Assembly: GCA_964412815.1 (NCBI GenBank)
Contig: CAYPQF010000038.1
Span: 11,284 to 75,283 of the forward strand
DNA length: 64,000 nucleotides
Reading direction: 5' to 3'
Source: an uncultured Gammaproteobacteria bacterium
Lineage (GTDB): Bacteria; Patescibacteriota; Microgenomatia; UBA1406; GWC2-37-13
Shown here in pieces: positions 63,372 through 64,000 of this stretch. Below the pieces are notes generated by a model that was given only the letters and a program-made list of their open reading frames with translations, was not told the DNA's origin and did no database searches. Position 1 is the stretch's first letter. Each line of letters starts with the position of its first letter. Made by a program: the position numbers and the translations under genes.

Positions 63372-64000
63372 TTATACCAGTTTCAACGGCAGGCTGACCG
63401 TAAAGGTAGTTCCTTTGTTCAGTATACTTTGCACAGAGATTGAGCCATTATGTCGAGCAACTATCTCGCGAGAGATATAGAGTCCAATGCCCAGCCCTGA
63501 ATAGACCGGCTGTTCCTCGTTATACGCACGATAAAAGCGCTCAAATATCTTTGAGCGTGCATGAGGAGGGATGCCCATGCCGAAGTCCTGTACATGAATT
63601 TGTACTGTGTCCCCCTCCTGCTCCATCCGAACTACTACCCGATCGGCGTCGGGAGAATATTTTATCGCATTGGTGAACAGGTTAATCACTACCTGACCAA
63701 TTCGTTCCTGATCTCCACAGATGGTTACAGGTATCTTGTTTTCAAAGAGAATCTGATGGGTATCAGTTACATGTTGAATATCCTCAATTATCCCCTCTAT
63801 GGTCTTATCCAAAGAGAACTGTGTATCTTTGTAATCAAGCTTTCCCTGCGCAGCTTTTGAGACATCAAGCAGATCGGTAATGAGATTTGTCAGTTTTGAG
63901 ATCTGCTGATCCATTTTTCCCAGATACTTTACGACACTGGGATCTGTATCTTTTGCAACGAGCTTTTTTAGAATCTGGGTATACCCTTTGATACTGGTCA
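63372..64000 (-). CDS. sensor histidine kinase, C-terminal part (5' end beyond the window)
   Basis: The frame is open to the window edge. N-box NLFTNAIKYS, G-boxes DFGMGIP and GLGIGLYISREI. Confidence 0.85.
   Translation of the reverse strand, partial: TSIKGYTQILKKLVAKDTDPSVVKYLGKMDQQISKLTNLITDLLDVSKAAQGKLDYKDTQFSLDKTIEGIIEDIQHVTDTHQILFENKIPVTICGDQERIGQVVINLFTNAIKYSPDADRVVVRMEQEGDTVQIHVQDFGMGIPPHARSKIFERFYRAYNEEQPVYSGLGIGLYISREIVARHNGSISVQSILNKGTTFTVSLPLKLV

Noticed and set aside
1-64000. tRNA, rRNA or tmRNA genes in the larger intergenic gaps (e.g. 49602-49951, 55413-55808, 56349-56635, 58139-58439)
   Set aside because: Manual inspection of these gaps found no cloverleaf-compatible GTGGC...TTCGA-type arms and no rRNA-like conserved blocks. 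A tRNAscan/Infernal run would be needed to be definitive.

Overview
Gene-dense (about 90% coding), moderate-GC chromosomal segment from an uncultivated-looking bacterium. Lineage cannot be fixed from this window; PT-rich linkers on secreted proteins, a VirB2-type pilin anchor and pervasive leaderless promoters suggest a CPR/Patescibacteria- or Chloroflexi-like organism. I found no rRNA, tRNA or CRISPR array. The core is a 13-gene, translationally coupled de novo purine operon on the minus strand (purF-purN-purD-purSL-purQ-purP-purP'-folD-purB-purK-purE-purC-purM). It carries two archaeal-type PurP genes, has no purH, and sits behind a structured, terminator-containing leader. A divergent pyrD-pyrK operon follows. 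Other content is housekeeping: three cation/proton antiporters, CorA, VIT1, truB, dus, a lexA-hydrolase-mazG operon, nrnA, msrB, apt-mtnN, glgP, GT39, a two-component system, and secreted carbohydrate-binding/GH5/Rpf-like/L,D-transpeptidase proteins. Points worth a second look: (1) a ~590-bp block of extreme GC (GC3 near 100%) with two overlapping unknown ORFs under a host-like promoter; (2) PurP x2 replacing PurH, plus a PurS-PurS-PurL fusion; (3) the unclassified pur leader; (4) a three-site LexA-box motif GTGAAC-N4-GTTTAC at lexA and a DnaQ/GIY-YIG (Cho-like) gene; (5) at least 11 genes with a -10 box 5-9 nt from the ATG, implying leaderless mRNAs; (6) an AT-rich island beside an internally deleted IS5-family element with intact inverted repeats; (7) a beta-propeller fused to a T4SS-pilin-like anchor; (8) a 155-bp imperfect palindrome. 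All family assignments come from motif recognition by eye. No searches were run.
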